64,000 nucleotides of DNA, taken from contig CM022671.1 of NCBI GenBank assembly GCA_012295275.1, forward strand, positions 32,488,001-32,552,000, written 5' to 3'. Positions 13,977 through 27,891 of this stretch are shown one piece after another. Position 1 is the first letter of the stretch; each line of letters opens with the position of its first letter. The stretch is from Chrysomallon squamiferum (Eukaryota; Animalia; Mollusca). The notes under the pieces were generated by a model that saw nothing but the letters and a program-made list of their open reading frames with translations, ran no database searches and had not been told where the DNA came from. Both the position numbers and the translations under genes were made by a program.

Positions 13977-16602
13977 GTGTGTGTGTTAAATACATATGTA
14001 CACATATATGTATGTATATGTATGTATGCATGTACATACATATGTATATATATGTATCTATAATTTGAGCATTTATGTACATGTCTATAGCATGCAACTG
14101 GCTGTGGATGTTCAGATTCCTCAGAGTTTTGGTGGTTTGGCTGGTGAAGCAGTGTACATTGACACAGAAGGTAGTTTTATTGTTGAAAGGTTGGCAGACA
14201 TAGCAAGAGCAACAGTAGATCACTGTCAGCAAATTTCCAGCATCGAGAACAATCTAGGTATGAATTTTATTTATTTTATTTTTATATATATATACACAAG
14301 AACAATTTTACAGAAATTAATAAAAAAATTATAAAAAAAAGAAATAATAATTAAAGTAAATCTAGTTCTTCAGTACTTTCTCCTAGCTGATCAAAAAAAG
14401 ACTGAGTATAAAAATAAGATACAGCAATTTATAGTTATGTTAAAAACAATTTTTATATAGCTTAATATTTACAATAAAATAATGAAGATCACCTTTCAAA
14501 TTACTAAATCTTTTATTGGTGAAATGTATATCTTAAATTATTATATTGTGGTCTCCTTTTTTTATTTTTATTTTTTCTCAGAAATGAAGGACACGGCTGA
14601 AAAGTTTACATTAGAAAAAATATTGTCTGGAATTTATTGCATTCGTTGTCATGACTACATAGAATTACTAGCATCTGTTCATCTACTTCCCAAATTTTTA
14701 ACTGAACATCCTAAGGTTTATTTTTTTATTTAATTTCTGTTTTTTTATTTTTTTATTATTTAATAGAAAAATAATATTAGATGATGGTTGGAACAGTTTT
14801 TGTTATGAATAAAACAATTAAATATATGTATGTTATTTTTGTGTGTGTGTGTGTGTGTGTCTGACTCTAAATGTTAACACCATCAAGATTCTTTTTATTA
14901 TTATTTTTTTTAATTTTTTATATTTTATCTCACCAAAAATAAGAACTAAATAGTGTGTATCCTTGAGACAGTGATTATTTTGTGAACAATATACAATTTA
15001 AATTTAAATTTTTTTTATTTATTTTTTATTTTTTGGACTTTTCAGATAAAACTGGTCGTTATTGACAGCATAGCTTTTCATTTTCGACATGACTTTGACG
15101 ACCTCTCACTCAGAACTCGTTTGTTAACATCAATGGCACAGAGTTTTATAAAAACAGCTTCACAATTTAAATTGGCTGTGAGTACCATTTTAATAACTGG
15201 AAATATAGATAAAAAAAATTAAATTATATTTTATTGCTTTCTTTTCAGTTTTTGCTGTTCTTCAAAATAGTGTTCCAAAGATAATCCCATTTCATTTGGA
15301 AAATATAATATATTTAATTCAGGTATTTCACTTAGAAAAAAAATGAATTTATTTTTATTACAAAAAACCCCAGTAATATATATTTAGAATTATAGCAAGC
15401 TTTAGTATTTTAGTATACTTGTCTAAAAATCACTCTGCTGGCTTCTTTTTATGAATAACAGTTATTACACTTGGTTACTGTTTCGAAGTTCTGTTAAATA
15501 TTTATACATTTTTAACTCATATTATTTATCTATTTATTTATTTATTGTGTTTGTTGTTGTTGATATTTTATTTTATTTTTTATTATTTGACTTGTCAATT
15601 AACAACTAAATTTCAGCATAAATCTGTTTTTTCCTATTTATATTTACAGCATGTTATGACAAATGAGAAAAGAATAATTTCAAACATTTATATTATTTAA
15701 TTTGACCAGTAACCAGTGAATGAAATCTGTGATAAAGTCTGCATTATTTTTCTATATAAATTTTTTTTATAGGTTGTTTTGACTAATCAAATGACAACTA
15801 AAATTCAAGATGGTGAAGGAATAGGATCATCTCACTTGATTCCTGCTTTGGGAGAAAGCTGGGGACATGCAAGCACAATAAGAGTGATTCTTTATTGGGC
15901 AGATAGCAACAGATATGCTCAGCTATACAAGTCACCATCCATGAAAGAAACTGTTGTCAAGTTTCAGATTACTGTGAGAATCTTCACAAAAATGTTAAAT
16001 TAATTTTCAGATGAAGGGAGTTGACTTACAGTATCATTCACCAGAATTTTTCTTGCTATAATATTGAAAATATGGAGAAAAAAATTCTGTGTCACCTTTA
16101 TATTTAATCTAAATTTTATTAGAAATTTATTAGTGTGTCAGAGCTATATTTGATTTCTTATGAAAAATACCTGTGGCTTGAGATTCTCTTGAACAAATCT
16201 TTCTAGTAAGTCTGTCAGTAACTTTCAAAGATGAGTATGACCAAACTAGCACTGGTATCCCCCTGTGTATTTCAGTATGCCATAACATTATTTATTGTAC
16301 CATCATAATGTTATTATTATCATCAAACATATTGTTTGCAGAAGATTAGCAATGTTGAATGAATTTATTTTTGTTCCTTTTTGTTCAAGAAGCAAATACT
16401 AGCATAGTTCAGAGAATAATGAAGAAATGATTTAAACCTTCTAAAAATGTAATGGAGATACTTTAATTAATTGATATGTAGTTGATAAAGGTTTGTTTCT
16501 TTGCAGATGGGAGGTATTCGTGATGTGATTTCCAGCACTGAAGTCACAGATGATGATCCTTCTGCTTCAAGTAGGCCAGCAAAGCAACAGAAGGTATCCT
16601 GA
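12423..16602 (+). CDS. RAD51C: DNA repair protein RAD51 homolog 3 (RAD51C); 7 coding exons
   Basis: Exons: 12423-12546, 13065-13317, 14091-14257, 14582-14715, 15046-15177, 15773-15973, 16507-16602 (TGA). Contains Walker [30 protein letters not shown], Walker [42 protein letters not shown] and LYKSPS, all characteristic of RAD51C. Confidence 0.96.
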
Positions 16603-17544
16603 ATTTGGACAATGGAAACAAAATTCTAGAATTTGCTCAGTTTGAAACGACTGAAAGTATCCTGAAATCTGGTCAGTAGAAGCAGCTTGAACTGACAGAA
16701 AGAATCCTGAAAATTAAATCATAGTCTACTCAAATCAAAGCAATGGAATGCTGAAGAGATTGGTTTGCCCAAAAAACAAAAAGAATGTTATTTTTCTTTA
16801 TTGGAATGTTTTACCTTTGACATTTGTTTTGGAGAATACATATATAATTGAAAACTATCACAAAGGATATATTCATAAACATCTATCTTTTCTTCATTGC
16901 CTCTTGCAGGTTTCTTATTAAATCCTTTACAAACAAAGTTGTTTAAGCTTCCTAACTCTGACTCTGAAAACTGTAAATTGTGCATGGTATGGTTTAAAAA
17001 GGTTTTCAAGAATTATTTCAATTGAAAGCTAATTGATTACAAAATCAATGTACCAGCTGCAGCATGTTCATCTGAAACACTTTTTGAAGAAAGACAAATC
17101 AGAATTGTTAATTTTGAAATAATAAAGTATTTGATGTTATTCTGTTTTTGATGTGTTGTGTTATGGAAAAATGAAGACAACTACTGATATAATAAATTAA
17201 AGATTCTTTATTTCAATAATAATAAATATCATATTGTACAAAAGTATATGTAAAATACATTTTCAACATGTTGTTTTGTGTAAGTTTTAACAAAAATTAC
17301 CAGTGTACGGAAGAAAATTTATTATTGCATATATTACCATGTATTTTATGGGATTTTGTTTTAACAAGATATTTTAAGTTCACGAATAAAATGTCTTCTG
17401 GTGTTCAAAAGAACTTTCTTAATTAATGAAATTTTTCACCTTTAAATTAGAAAAAGCCAGTCAAATTACACAAATGTAATCTTCAGGCAACAATGTAAAA
17501 CGTTCAGTGATAAATATTTGTCTCATCATTTTCTATGCAGCATG

Positions 17545-20500
17545 TTATTTTTTCTTTCCCTTGCCAGAACCTTTCTTAGGAGAGGCTCCTTCGACTGATT
17601 CAATTTTTTTGCTAAGTGTCTCCTCTGTACTTTTTATCTGTTCTTCAACAGTCTGTTTCATCTTTTTTATCTCTTCTGCTAAAAATGCCTGAATCATTGC
17701 TCTTAATTCCTTCTTGGCTGGAGATTCCTCTGTAATATTGATACAGATAATTTGGAAATCATACCATACTGACACTAATCTGATATAAATATTTTACAAC
17801 AGAAATGGTTATTACCAAAGCAAATGGATGAAAATATTTACAAACAAGATCACTTAATAGCAAAGCAAATTGACGTAAAATTTGTATTAGAAATTATTAG
17901 ATTTCAAAATGCAACATGATATTTATATAAAATAACAGGGAAACATTCACTGTTTAAAAAAAAAAAAATTATATGTAAAATATCTTTTGGCAAGGAATTC
18001 TCCTGAACAAAGTTGTCGAATACCCTATATGTATCTTCAAAAATCTTACAAAATTTAAGTATCGTTATCAGTATGATTAAGGAGTATAGGAACAAAAATC
18101 ACCTAGCTGAATTACAATTTTTGATTAACAATATGGTCTTCTGTGTACTTGGTAATTCTGACATTAACATTCAAGTTTTGTATTCTCACTGCTTACCTTT
18201 TTCTTCTGGTTTCTCTTGTGACTCCCCAGTTTCTTCAGTTTTCTCTCCTTCATCTGCAGGTCCCTCTGTGGGCTCTTCTTCAGGAGCTGAAGTAAACAAT
18301 TTACAATGAGACTAATATATTTTAAAGTTTTAAGTGCTCCTGAACAGCTTAAATTTACATTACTATATCTGCAAATGATTATTTTGATTATTTCTTCAGA
18401 CAAAACTTTGGTATTAAAGTATGATAATTATATAAAAAGCTGATGGGTGGGGGAATAAAAAGTATGACGTCTGCTGTTCTTCTGTTTTGTTTTTTTTGGT
18501 GCAAGGGAGTGTTCTTGTGCAGCAGTTTTAATGTTTTTTGTGTGGAGTGGAGCAAGAGGTTTATTATACTTTGAGCTATTTGTTATGATTGATATATAAT
18601 TAGATCAACTATTTGTAACTTCAACACTGTAATTAGTATGAAAAAAGTAATTAATTATTTAATAAAGTGTTGTAATTAGGAGTCAGTATTATAGTCATTC
18701 CAGATAACTATAAAAACTGATTACCTATGGGGGATGTCTTAAAATATTATTTAAGTATTTTTATTTTTGTCATTAACCTCTCTCAGATTATTTTGATAAT
18801 TACAACTATTGAAAAAAGCCCAAAACAAAACAAACTTTGTGAACTGACCTGCAATCAGAAATAACAAATAAACAACAGAATTAAATATTTTACCTTCTGA
18901 AGGTGGTGGTGTCATGGGCATTCCAACATAATTAATGGCAAGATCTAATTTAACCTGAAAAAATAATTTTTAAATATGGTACAATATAATTTAAATGCAG
19001 ATAAAATATGTTGATGAAACTGGGTGAAAAATGGTTACATTCTCGTTTCAATTATTTTCATAAATATTTCATGCAATATTAAGTAAATTTTCTTTCAAAA
19101 TGGAAAGATGGATGACAAACTGGACTGAGCTTTGTTTGGTTTAGACTGAGGAAGCAATGGTATGTGTAGACACACTGCACTGCATGCAACATTTCTAAAA
19201 CATCAATAAAATGACAGGAATACTTGTACAAAATAAGCATGTTCTTTTTAGAAAGCTGCAGGTGTGTGTGTGAGGTGGAAGACTGTAAGTAATATTTCTT
19301 TTATCTTATTAACCACTAACAGAACCACATTGCTTACCTTGCACACAGTACATGAACTTTCAGAGAAGTATGAAAGTTTCAAAATAGTTTATTCATTCAC
19401 TCTAAATTTTAAGTGACTTAGATCTTTTAAACTATCTAAATATACAGACACTGTCAGTACATGGGCATACTTCAGGATTTTGGAGTCAGACATTGTTTTA
19501 ATGACATTTAAGTTTTCAGATACTTACCAATGGTGTAAAGGCATATTTGTACATTTTAAAATGTCTGAAGTAAGTGTTGATAGCATACTCGGTGAGCTTT
19601 CTGACTTCATCAGCACTGAATATTTCAATGCTATGTGGAGGCCTCTGTAAAATAAAATAATAATAAACTATAATATTAACCATCTCTGCAATAACAACCT
19701 TCCCCAAAAAAACAACATAAACAAAAAAAGACCCATCAGTTGGACAAGAAAGCAAAATTCTTCATATATTCACATGTGTCTGGTGATCAGGAGAGGGATC
19801 AGATTACAGTAAAGAAATGAACCATGTTTTTTAGTTGGTTTTTGCTCTCACATTTGTTTGCAAAATATTGTGATAACAACAGAGTTACATAATTCAAACA
19901 CTGAAACTTGAAACATAAATAAACAGACAAATTTCACTTACATTTACAGAATGACACAAAACCAGATCCTTGAAATAGTTGAAAGTATAATCCAGGTTTC
20001 CAAATGGAGTTTCTAAAGAAAAGAAAATATATATCTCTATTTTCATGTGAAATTATATTTATAATTATTTCAGACAGTATGAACAACAGATCAGTTAGCT
20101 ATTATTTCTTTAAATCTTTTTACAAATATAAACTGCAGTAATGTTCAAAATAACACAAATTCTGAATGTTTTTCTTTTTCTGTACATGAGTATGAATGTA
20201 TTTGTATGTGTATGTGTGTATATCTGTGCATGTATGCATGCAGGTATGTGTTTTTACATATTAATTTCTAAACATAATTTAAAAAAAAAAAAAGTGCCAC
20301 AGTTATTACCAGTGCAAACAGCATGTGTTTTATTGATGATGGAAAAAAACACTGACGTCTTCTCTTTATTGAAAGAGTTGTCACTGGCAAACTGAAGAGT
20401 GTAATAGTACAGGTCCATGATAATCCCATTCCTCATGTTCACCTTGTAATCTTCCAGGTGAAAGATGTCTGCAAGAACTCTGCAAGTAATTACAAATACA

Positions 20501-21955
20501 AAAAACAAGAAATTATTATTTCTGTTTTATTTACTGTAATTTATTATTTAAAGAAAAACACACAATTTCTACATCTGTCTTTAATCACACTATTTTTCTC
20601 TTCTACAAGTAATAAACAAATGCCTTTTCTTGGCTGCATTCTCATTGATTATTATGATGGCTTTAGTTTCAGTATATTTTTCTTTTCTTTTTTGTTGCTT
20701 GGTGGAAGAGCTGTTGGGATGAATATTACTGTTATTACTATTTCTCCAGCTTCTACTGCTGCTACTACTACTACTACTACTACTATTATTACAATTATTA
20801 TTAACTACCGTTATCTTCTTGCTACCTTTAACTGCACATACAAGTATTTATACTGATTATGTATTTGTCAATATATTCAAGAATTTGCTCATGTGAGATG
20901 TTCACTAACAGAAACATAAATACACAATTACTTATGTGTTATGGATTTTTTACATGCATTAATCATAAACAGAAAGCAAATATCATGACATGAAGCAAAT
21001 TTGTGGTTCTTGAAAAATCTCATGGACCCACTGAAATGGATCATTCATGTGGATCCACTGAATAGTGCTTTAACTGAATACCAGCAATCAGCTGCAGCCG
21101 AACTTTGAAGGATGGAAGGAAGAAATATTTTATTTAACAGACCATTCAACATATTTAAAATCCATCTATTTTCATACAGCATCTAGTTGAAGGCAGCAGA
21201 CAGAGAGAGAGAGGAAACATGATACCAAATTCAATACACAGTTCTTTTTTTTTTTTTTAAAGTTACAACTGATCTTTTGTGTGAAATCAAATATTATGAC
21301 TTTTGTGACACCATGTAAAATGTCTAGTGGGTTGACCAAGAAAAACTGATTTTGTATCCCATCATGTTTTAGGTAATTGTTAAAAGAAGATGTGAGAAAA
21401 ATTTCTGTTTCTTCAACAATGATATATGTCAGATATTGTGGCATGTACTTACTGCTTAATGGAGTCTGCATTGTGACATTCATTCAGACGATCGATGTCA
21501 TCAATGGTGAGATCTGCCCTAGAAAACAAGAACAAATTTCTTAAATGTATAAAGAATATAGTTACGAAAAATGAAAAAGAAGAAAAAAATTATATATATA
21601 TATTTCTGGCTATTTATAGGAACAAAAATTAGGGTATTTAATTGCTGATTATTAGTAAAACTGTCATAAGATTACATTACAAAATCACAAACCACTGTTA
21701 AAATATTTGTATTAAAAAGTATGATGTTGATTATGTTTTCTCATAAGAGTTGGTAATAAGAACAACAACGACTAAAGTGATGATGATAATGGAAATGTAC
21801 AAATGTTGTTATGCAGTGCTGCAAACGTTAACATTGTGTAATGAACATTTTTGATAATTTGTGCTTACTTACCAAACACATATTTTGGCCTTGTGCTCCC
21901 TCGGCTTAAATAAAAGAATAAATATATAAATGAATTTAAACATTAATATATAATT

Positions 21956-22053
<98 letters not shown>

Positions 22054-22444
22054 ATTGTAGATATTATTTATATAAATTAATTTTACAAACATGTTGTCGC
22101 TAACGAATACTTAAATCAAATTCTCTTATGTAAACACTTTAAGATTGGTTCTTTCCACTTCTGTTAATGACTTACAAACAACAACAGCAATTTATTTATA
22201 AATAACTCAAATAACATTAATATTCCATTATTAACAATGCAACAGAGATACGTTGATAAAATAATTAGAAATTAATAGTTACGCATTGGTCATTTTCTGA
22301 CAAAATGATACATCGGATTTGTATAATATTTTGAACTATAAAATAAATTAGTCGTTTTTACACTGAAAAATAAAACATTATTAGATTAACCTGAATAATT
22401 TTAGGAATAATCTGACTGTCTTCAGACTCCTCATTTAATTTCAT
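17545..22444 (-). CDS. CFAP119: Cilia- and flagella-associated protein 119 (CCDC189/C16orf93-like); 9 exons
   Basis: Exons (minus): 22444-22391 (first exon, less certain), 21904-21873, 21518-21453, 20479-20310, 20012-19942, 19644-19528, 18954-18894, 18286-18197, 17729-17545; phases are consistent. Motifs KICVW, TPFGN..YF..LCHSVNRPPHSIEIF, NTYFRHFKMYKYAFTP.VKLDL, an acidic linker and a C-terminal coiled coil ending GKGKKK match CCDC189/CFAP119 as I recall it. Confidence 0.9.
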
Positions 22445-22506
22445 ATTTGGAAAACACTGTGTTTTATCCGTGAAAAGAGAAGCTTCTTTTAAATAAAATT
22501 TATAAT

Positions 22507-22519
22507 ATTACTTAGTAAC
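22507..22519. promoter_or_regulatory. RFX X-box-like motif ATTACTTAGTAAC upstream of CFAP119
   Basis: Imperfect palindrome close to the X-box consensus, about 65 bp upstream of the predicted ATG of a motile-cilia gene. Confidence 0.5.
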
Positions 22520-23046
22520 CAAACATCAACAAATCTATTTCCCTCCATAAAAAAGAGCAGCATCCAAGTAAGTTCATGGCAGTTTAGGTTGTGCGTTTTT
22601 TAAAGTTATTGTAACTATTAACAGTTATTACATATTAATGTTTATGTAGAATATTATGTTTCTATAAGATAATAGATTTAAATTTTTGTGTTGAAGGTTT
22701 ATTAATTTAATTTATATGCGACCTTATTTAGACTGTTAGTGTTACACTGTTTTATTTATTTAGCATAGGGTATGATATCCTATTTTTTTACTGTATAATT
22801 ATGTAAATGCATTTATTACTGTCGAAACACTTAGCGCATATAAATTAATTTTCCCTTCCCCAAATGATTAATAAAAACAATGGGAAACACTATGATAAGA
22901 GGAAATTAAAGACTAAGACAAGGCATATTAGAGTTACTTCCCTTGATGAGCCAAAATTGAAAAATGACAACACGACATGATGTGATAGAATTCGATAATC
23001 GGAACATGTTTCTTTAAATACTTTGAAGGAAACTGAATTTAATATT

Positions 23047-24997
23047 ATGTTCCTTGATGAATGTAGGATTCATAGCAGAATATGCATATTTCTGTTAATA
23101 GCCTGTACAATGTCAGCGGTTGTATCTATGGTTAGTAAGACCAAGACATTTTAAAGATTTTTAGAGAGATTTTAATTTTTATGTTTAACATTTAATATTT
23201 AAAACTAAACGATATTGAATCTGCTAGTGATCGTTAGCATTGAGTAGTGCTAAAACAAAAATGTAATAATCATAAAAATAACTATAAATTATTTAATTAA
23301 AAAATAATAAATATAACTTAAGAAATAATCATAATGCATGAAACAGATTTATTAAAAAGTTTTTAGAAGTATTTATTTATTATGAATAGATGCGTCCACA
23401 GGTGTTTGTTCATTCCTTAGATTAAGTCTATATTGTAAATCTTTAAAGAAAATACAAATTAGTCCACTGTTAATATGCATACACTACAACTATGTATTTT
23501 AATTAACTTAATAAATACAGTGATGATTGTGATACTGACAGATTTCCAAATTTTAGTTTTTATGTTTTTGCTTTTTATTACTGTTTAAAATTTTGTTTAT
23601 TTTGTGTATTAGGAATTTGATAATAATATGTGTATGTCATGTTATGACTTCTTTACTCAGCATAAATGTTGATTGTTTTATTTTTGGCAGGTTATTCCAA
23701 TGTCTGACAAAACAATACACAAAATGTTTATGCACAGAAATGTTTCAAAAATGGGAAAAAAAGAAAATGAACAAATCAGAAGGAACCAGAATTTGGTTGA
23801 TGGTGCAGAACCAAATAGTTTGAGAGAATCTGGCTCACAAGAAAAACACATAACTTTAAAGCAAAAAAATGTTCTAACAGATTACATCAAGTCAATGATT
23901 CCACGTTTTTCAGTTTACTTAAATATAGTTTTCAAAATTTTTTGTTCAGAAAACAGAATAGAAATGCAAAAAAGAAGGGAAACACATACTGATGACAATG
24001 CTAAAAAGATTACCAAAGTTCATAATAGGCAACTAGAAATAATGGATGTTGCTTTAAATATTTTGTCACAGAAGAAACAGACCTTTACTGCCATCACTCA
24101 TTTGACTGAGAGAAGATCACGTCGAGATGTAGGTTTTAATTCTAGCAGAAGTAAGCCTAATTCTCGTCATCATTTCAAGTCACGTTTAAATCGAACTAAA
24201 ACAAAACAGTGGACTCAAATGAATATGACCTTCATCAGACAGATGGTTCATAAAATAACTCTTCAAACAGAAATGTAAGATTTATTTTTATTTTTTTATT
24301 TATTTTCTCTCTCCCTCTCTAATCATATCTTGTTAATGATATGATGACAATGCTTGTCTGTATATCAGAATGTAACAAATTAATTATCATTTATTTAATA
24401 ATCCTTAGACTTTATTACATAGCACTGGTTATAGTACTTCTCTTACAAATAAACTATTTGAGTGTTGGTGTCAGGAACCTCCAACTTCACCTTGCAGGTA
24501 AACAAATTTATTTGATTTTATCTTCATCTTTTGTTTATGTTCTTCAGAAAACGTAGTGCCCAAGTTGCATTTCTTTGCATTAGTTCACTGTGTTTTTTGA
24601 TGACATGGGCTGTTTGGTATAATGGAATGTGCAGAAATCGCAATTCAAAATACACATACTGGGACCGACGTGCAACAGTTACAACTGACATAAAAGGTGA
24701 GAATTTACTTATGCAAATTTACAAGTATGCATGCACACACACACACAAATATGCATCAACTCACCCACTGGGACAGCATGCAATCTTTGACAGTTAAACT
24801 CTTGCGCCTCTGGTTTCAGTGACTCACATACATGCTGAGCACATTTTAAGAAAGGATAAATATAACTATCTTCTTTTTTTTTTTTTTTTTTTTTTTTCTT
24901 TCTAGATATTTTGTACCGACGGAGAAAACATCTGCCAATGTTCAGAGATGAATATGTTGATGTAGTGTATGTAAAAGACAAAGGAACTGATCCATAA
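23047..24997 (+). CDS. Uncharacterised single-pass type-I membrane protein, about 302 aa, 4 exons
   Basis: Exons 23047-23130, 23691-24274, 24548-24696, 24906-24997 (TAA) join in frame at GT-AG sites. It has a hydrophobic N-terminus (ICIFLLIACTMSAVVSM), a basic ectodomain with ERRSRR, a TM segment (AQVAFLCISSLCFLMTWAVWY) and a short cytoplasmic tail. No family recognised. Confidence 0.75.
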
Positions 24998-26074
24998 ATT
25001 AGCCCATCATCAATGAGAAAAACAGAATTGCAGATCAATTTATTAACAAGTGACTGATGAAACGTTCAGCATTTTAACCAATGGCCTGTGAAAGACTCCA
25101 AGATTGACAGATCACTGGGTTAGCTAGCTTGTAGTATGACAACCACTATAATACAATGACAAGGATACCAGGCAGAATAAATATCTAAATATAAATTTAA
25201 TTAATAATTTTTTTTATAAATTTTAATATGAATTCCTAATGATACACAATGTATATAACATGTTTTTATTAATCATGCTTATGTAATATTTAAATTCAAA
25301 CATCATCACACAAATGGCTTAAAAAAGTTATTGAATTTATTCATCAATAGCTGTATGTTCACCAGATATAATTTTTACAGCTTACTGTATTTTACATGTT
25401 GCTATTGCTGTTGCTGTTATAATTTATTATTATTAATATTATTATTGTCATTGATATTTGTTTTGTAATCAATGCGGGTATGTCATTAACATGTGACACT
25501 GACATGACATTTAATTTGTTTTTAATTTAGCTTTTTAAAGCACTGTTAACCACTGATGTTCTGATATTTTATTCTTAGAGCCAATTTTATGATTTTGTCT
25601 TAATTACGTTCATCTGTTTGAGTGTTATTTTGCAGCAGAATCATATTTCAATGATGCCAGCATTTTATACTCTTCTGTACCATATGAGAATTCAGTTATC
25701 CGGGGACTACTTTGTTTTTAAAATTTTGATTAAATATATTTCTCTATGAAAATATGGATAGTGAAATTTTGTGAGGCATTTTAGAACTGTGTTGTGATAT
25801 CTACCACTTGGCTAGCAGATGATGCTGAACAGTATATTCCTCATTATTCCACTTAACATATGGTCTGCTGAAATTGAATGGATTAATTAATTAAGAAACA
25901 TTATTTTTGCACATTCTGATGTTAGGCTTAGCTGATATAATTTATTTTAATGATGTGAGTGAAAAAAAAAAAAAAAAAAAAAATGAGGGTCAAGCTATTC
26001 ATATCAGTTACTTTTAGGATGTTTTGCTATTTTCTGTTGCAAAAAAAACACATACATACCATGTCTTTTAATAA

Positions 26075-26140
26075 ATAGGCTGGAACAAGATATTGCCAAG
26101 TGAATTTATAAAGAAATATTGATCCTGCAACCAATTACTT
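26075..26140 (-). mobile_element. Heavily decayed tRNA-derived SINE-like fragment
   Basis: ggctggaacaagatattgccaa matches the reverse complement of ttgtcctattccagcc at about 11902-11917, a motif I recall from gastropod SINE cores (TTCCAGCCAGTG). Similar remnants lie near 21110-21150, 45205-45270 and 58330-58380. Recall-based only. Confidence 0.35.
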
Positions 26141-26729
26141 CTAAACTCAGTCCCACAAATTATGCAGATTTATTATATTATTTAACCCTAGAAGCAGGTT
26201 AAGTAATAAATTTATGTTTGTTCGTATGTCCAAAATGTCTTCCTGAGATTTCAAACAAAATGTACTAAATAATAATAATGGAAACAAAAATTCAGTCAAA
26301 AATATAATGATCTGTTATGAAAGATAAATAATGTAATAGGCTGTTTTGACATTTAATGTTTAATTATGAGGAAAATACAAGCACTTTCATGATACAAATA
26401 TAACTTCTGTGATAATTAAAAAATTAAATTGTATTTCAGAATATCAGGTAATATAATTATTTTATCATGTACATTAAGATGAATAAATGTTGTTTGATTC
26501 AGTTTTTAATATGTTTTGTAATATTTGTTAAAATATTTTATATGAAATAATCTGGACAAAAACCCAAACAAATTCAGATGATTCAAAGGAGACAAGTTGC
26601 TATTTTTCTCCCTGAAATAAAGAGAAACACATAAAAAAAAAAAATACACACATGCACACACAATGTTTTGGGTAATAAATATATCTAATAAAAATATATT
26701 TCCAGATGAATGTATTTATATATATAGTT

Positions 26730-26809
26730 CAGTTTAGAAATGTGGATTATACTCTTTTTCTATTTCAAAGATACGGTTTTGTGTCATTCTGTAAATATAA
26801 GTGAAATTT
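26730..26809 (+). pseudogene. Inverted, decayed copy of CFAP119 exon 5 and its donor site
   Basis: ggattatact...tatttcaaagatacggttttgtgtcattctgtaaatataagtgaaattt aligns with the reverse complement of about 19929-20006 (YFKDTVLCHSVN versus YFKDLVLCHSVN). The donor GTAAGT has become ATAAGT. Confidence 0.8.
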
Positions 26810-27891
26810 ATTATCATGCAGTAGTATGTCCTGTTTTTGAGCAAAAGCTTGACCATGTTGTTTCCACATCTTTCCATTACTCATCTAGTCTTCCTCTAGA
26901 TTGTTCCATTCCTATGCTGATATGCAATGTCCAGATGTTAATTTGTATTCTGCTGAAGTGTTCAGCCCAGGTCCATTAAAGTGACAGATATATTTAACCA
27001 GCTATCCTGTGTTTCATATACACAAATTTATATTAAAAAAGTAAAATAACTATATATTTTCAAGCACCTGAAAGAAAACCACATTGAAGTAATAATGGGG
27101 TTTTTTTTGGAGGACATTTTATATGTCTTTATTGAAAAGTTGTTATGTTATTTTTGTTTGTTTAATTGACTAATGTTGTTATTTTATTTATTTTTTTATT
27201 CATACATGACAAAAGCCGATTGATGTATAATGAATTCTGTTATATTTTTGTTAAAAGTTGTGTGTGTATATATAGATATATATAAATGGATTAAATTCAT
27301 TATCTTCTGTTTAAAGTTATCAAACTTATAAAATTAATTAAAGTTATTTAAAATTTTCTGTGTTGTTTTTAATCAGGTATAAACATAATGGATTTCTGAT
27401 AGGAAACAATACGGTTTGTTATGTTTCATAAATGAATATTTAAAAAACAAAAAAACAATGTATTTTATTATATAAAATGATAATGAACCAAGTTCATCCA
27501 CCACTTGAATTACTATGTTGGAGAAACAGTTTATAGTGAAATTAAAATAAATAATAAATAAAACCACAACATATTATATAAATGTATTTACTAGGGGTTT
27601 TTTTTGGGGGGGGGGTTAAATAATTTTTCACTAACAGTGACAGCAAATAAAAATTATTTGTTATTATGGGCAACACATTTCAGCGACTTGTAAATTAAAT
27701 TTCAAAAATTGACATTAAAATGAAATAAATAGAAAAAAAAGAAGGATAAAAACAAAATCCTGACAATAAAAGAATAAAATAACTGAATATATCAATAAAA
27801 AAATAAAAAAATAAAAATAAAAATTGAAATAAAACTAATTAAATGTTTTTGTTGTTGTTCTTATTGCTTGATGGAACCATACCTCTACAGC

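Noticed and set aside
16600-16710. Selenocysteine or readthrough extension of RAD51C via three in-frame TGAs
   Set aside because: An in-frame TAG occurs nine codons after the first TGA, and the protein is already complete.
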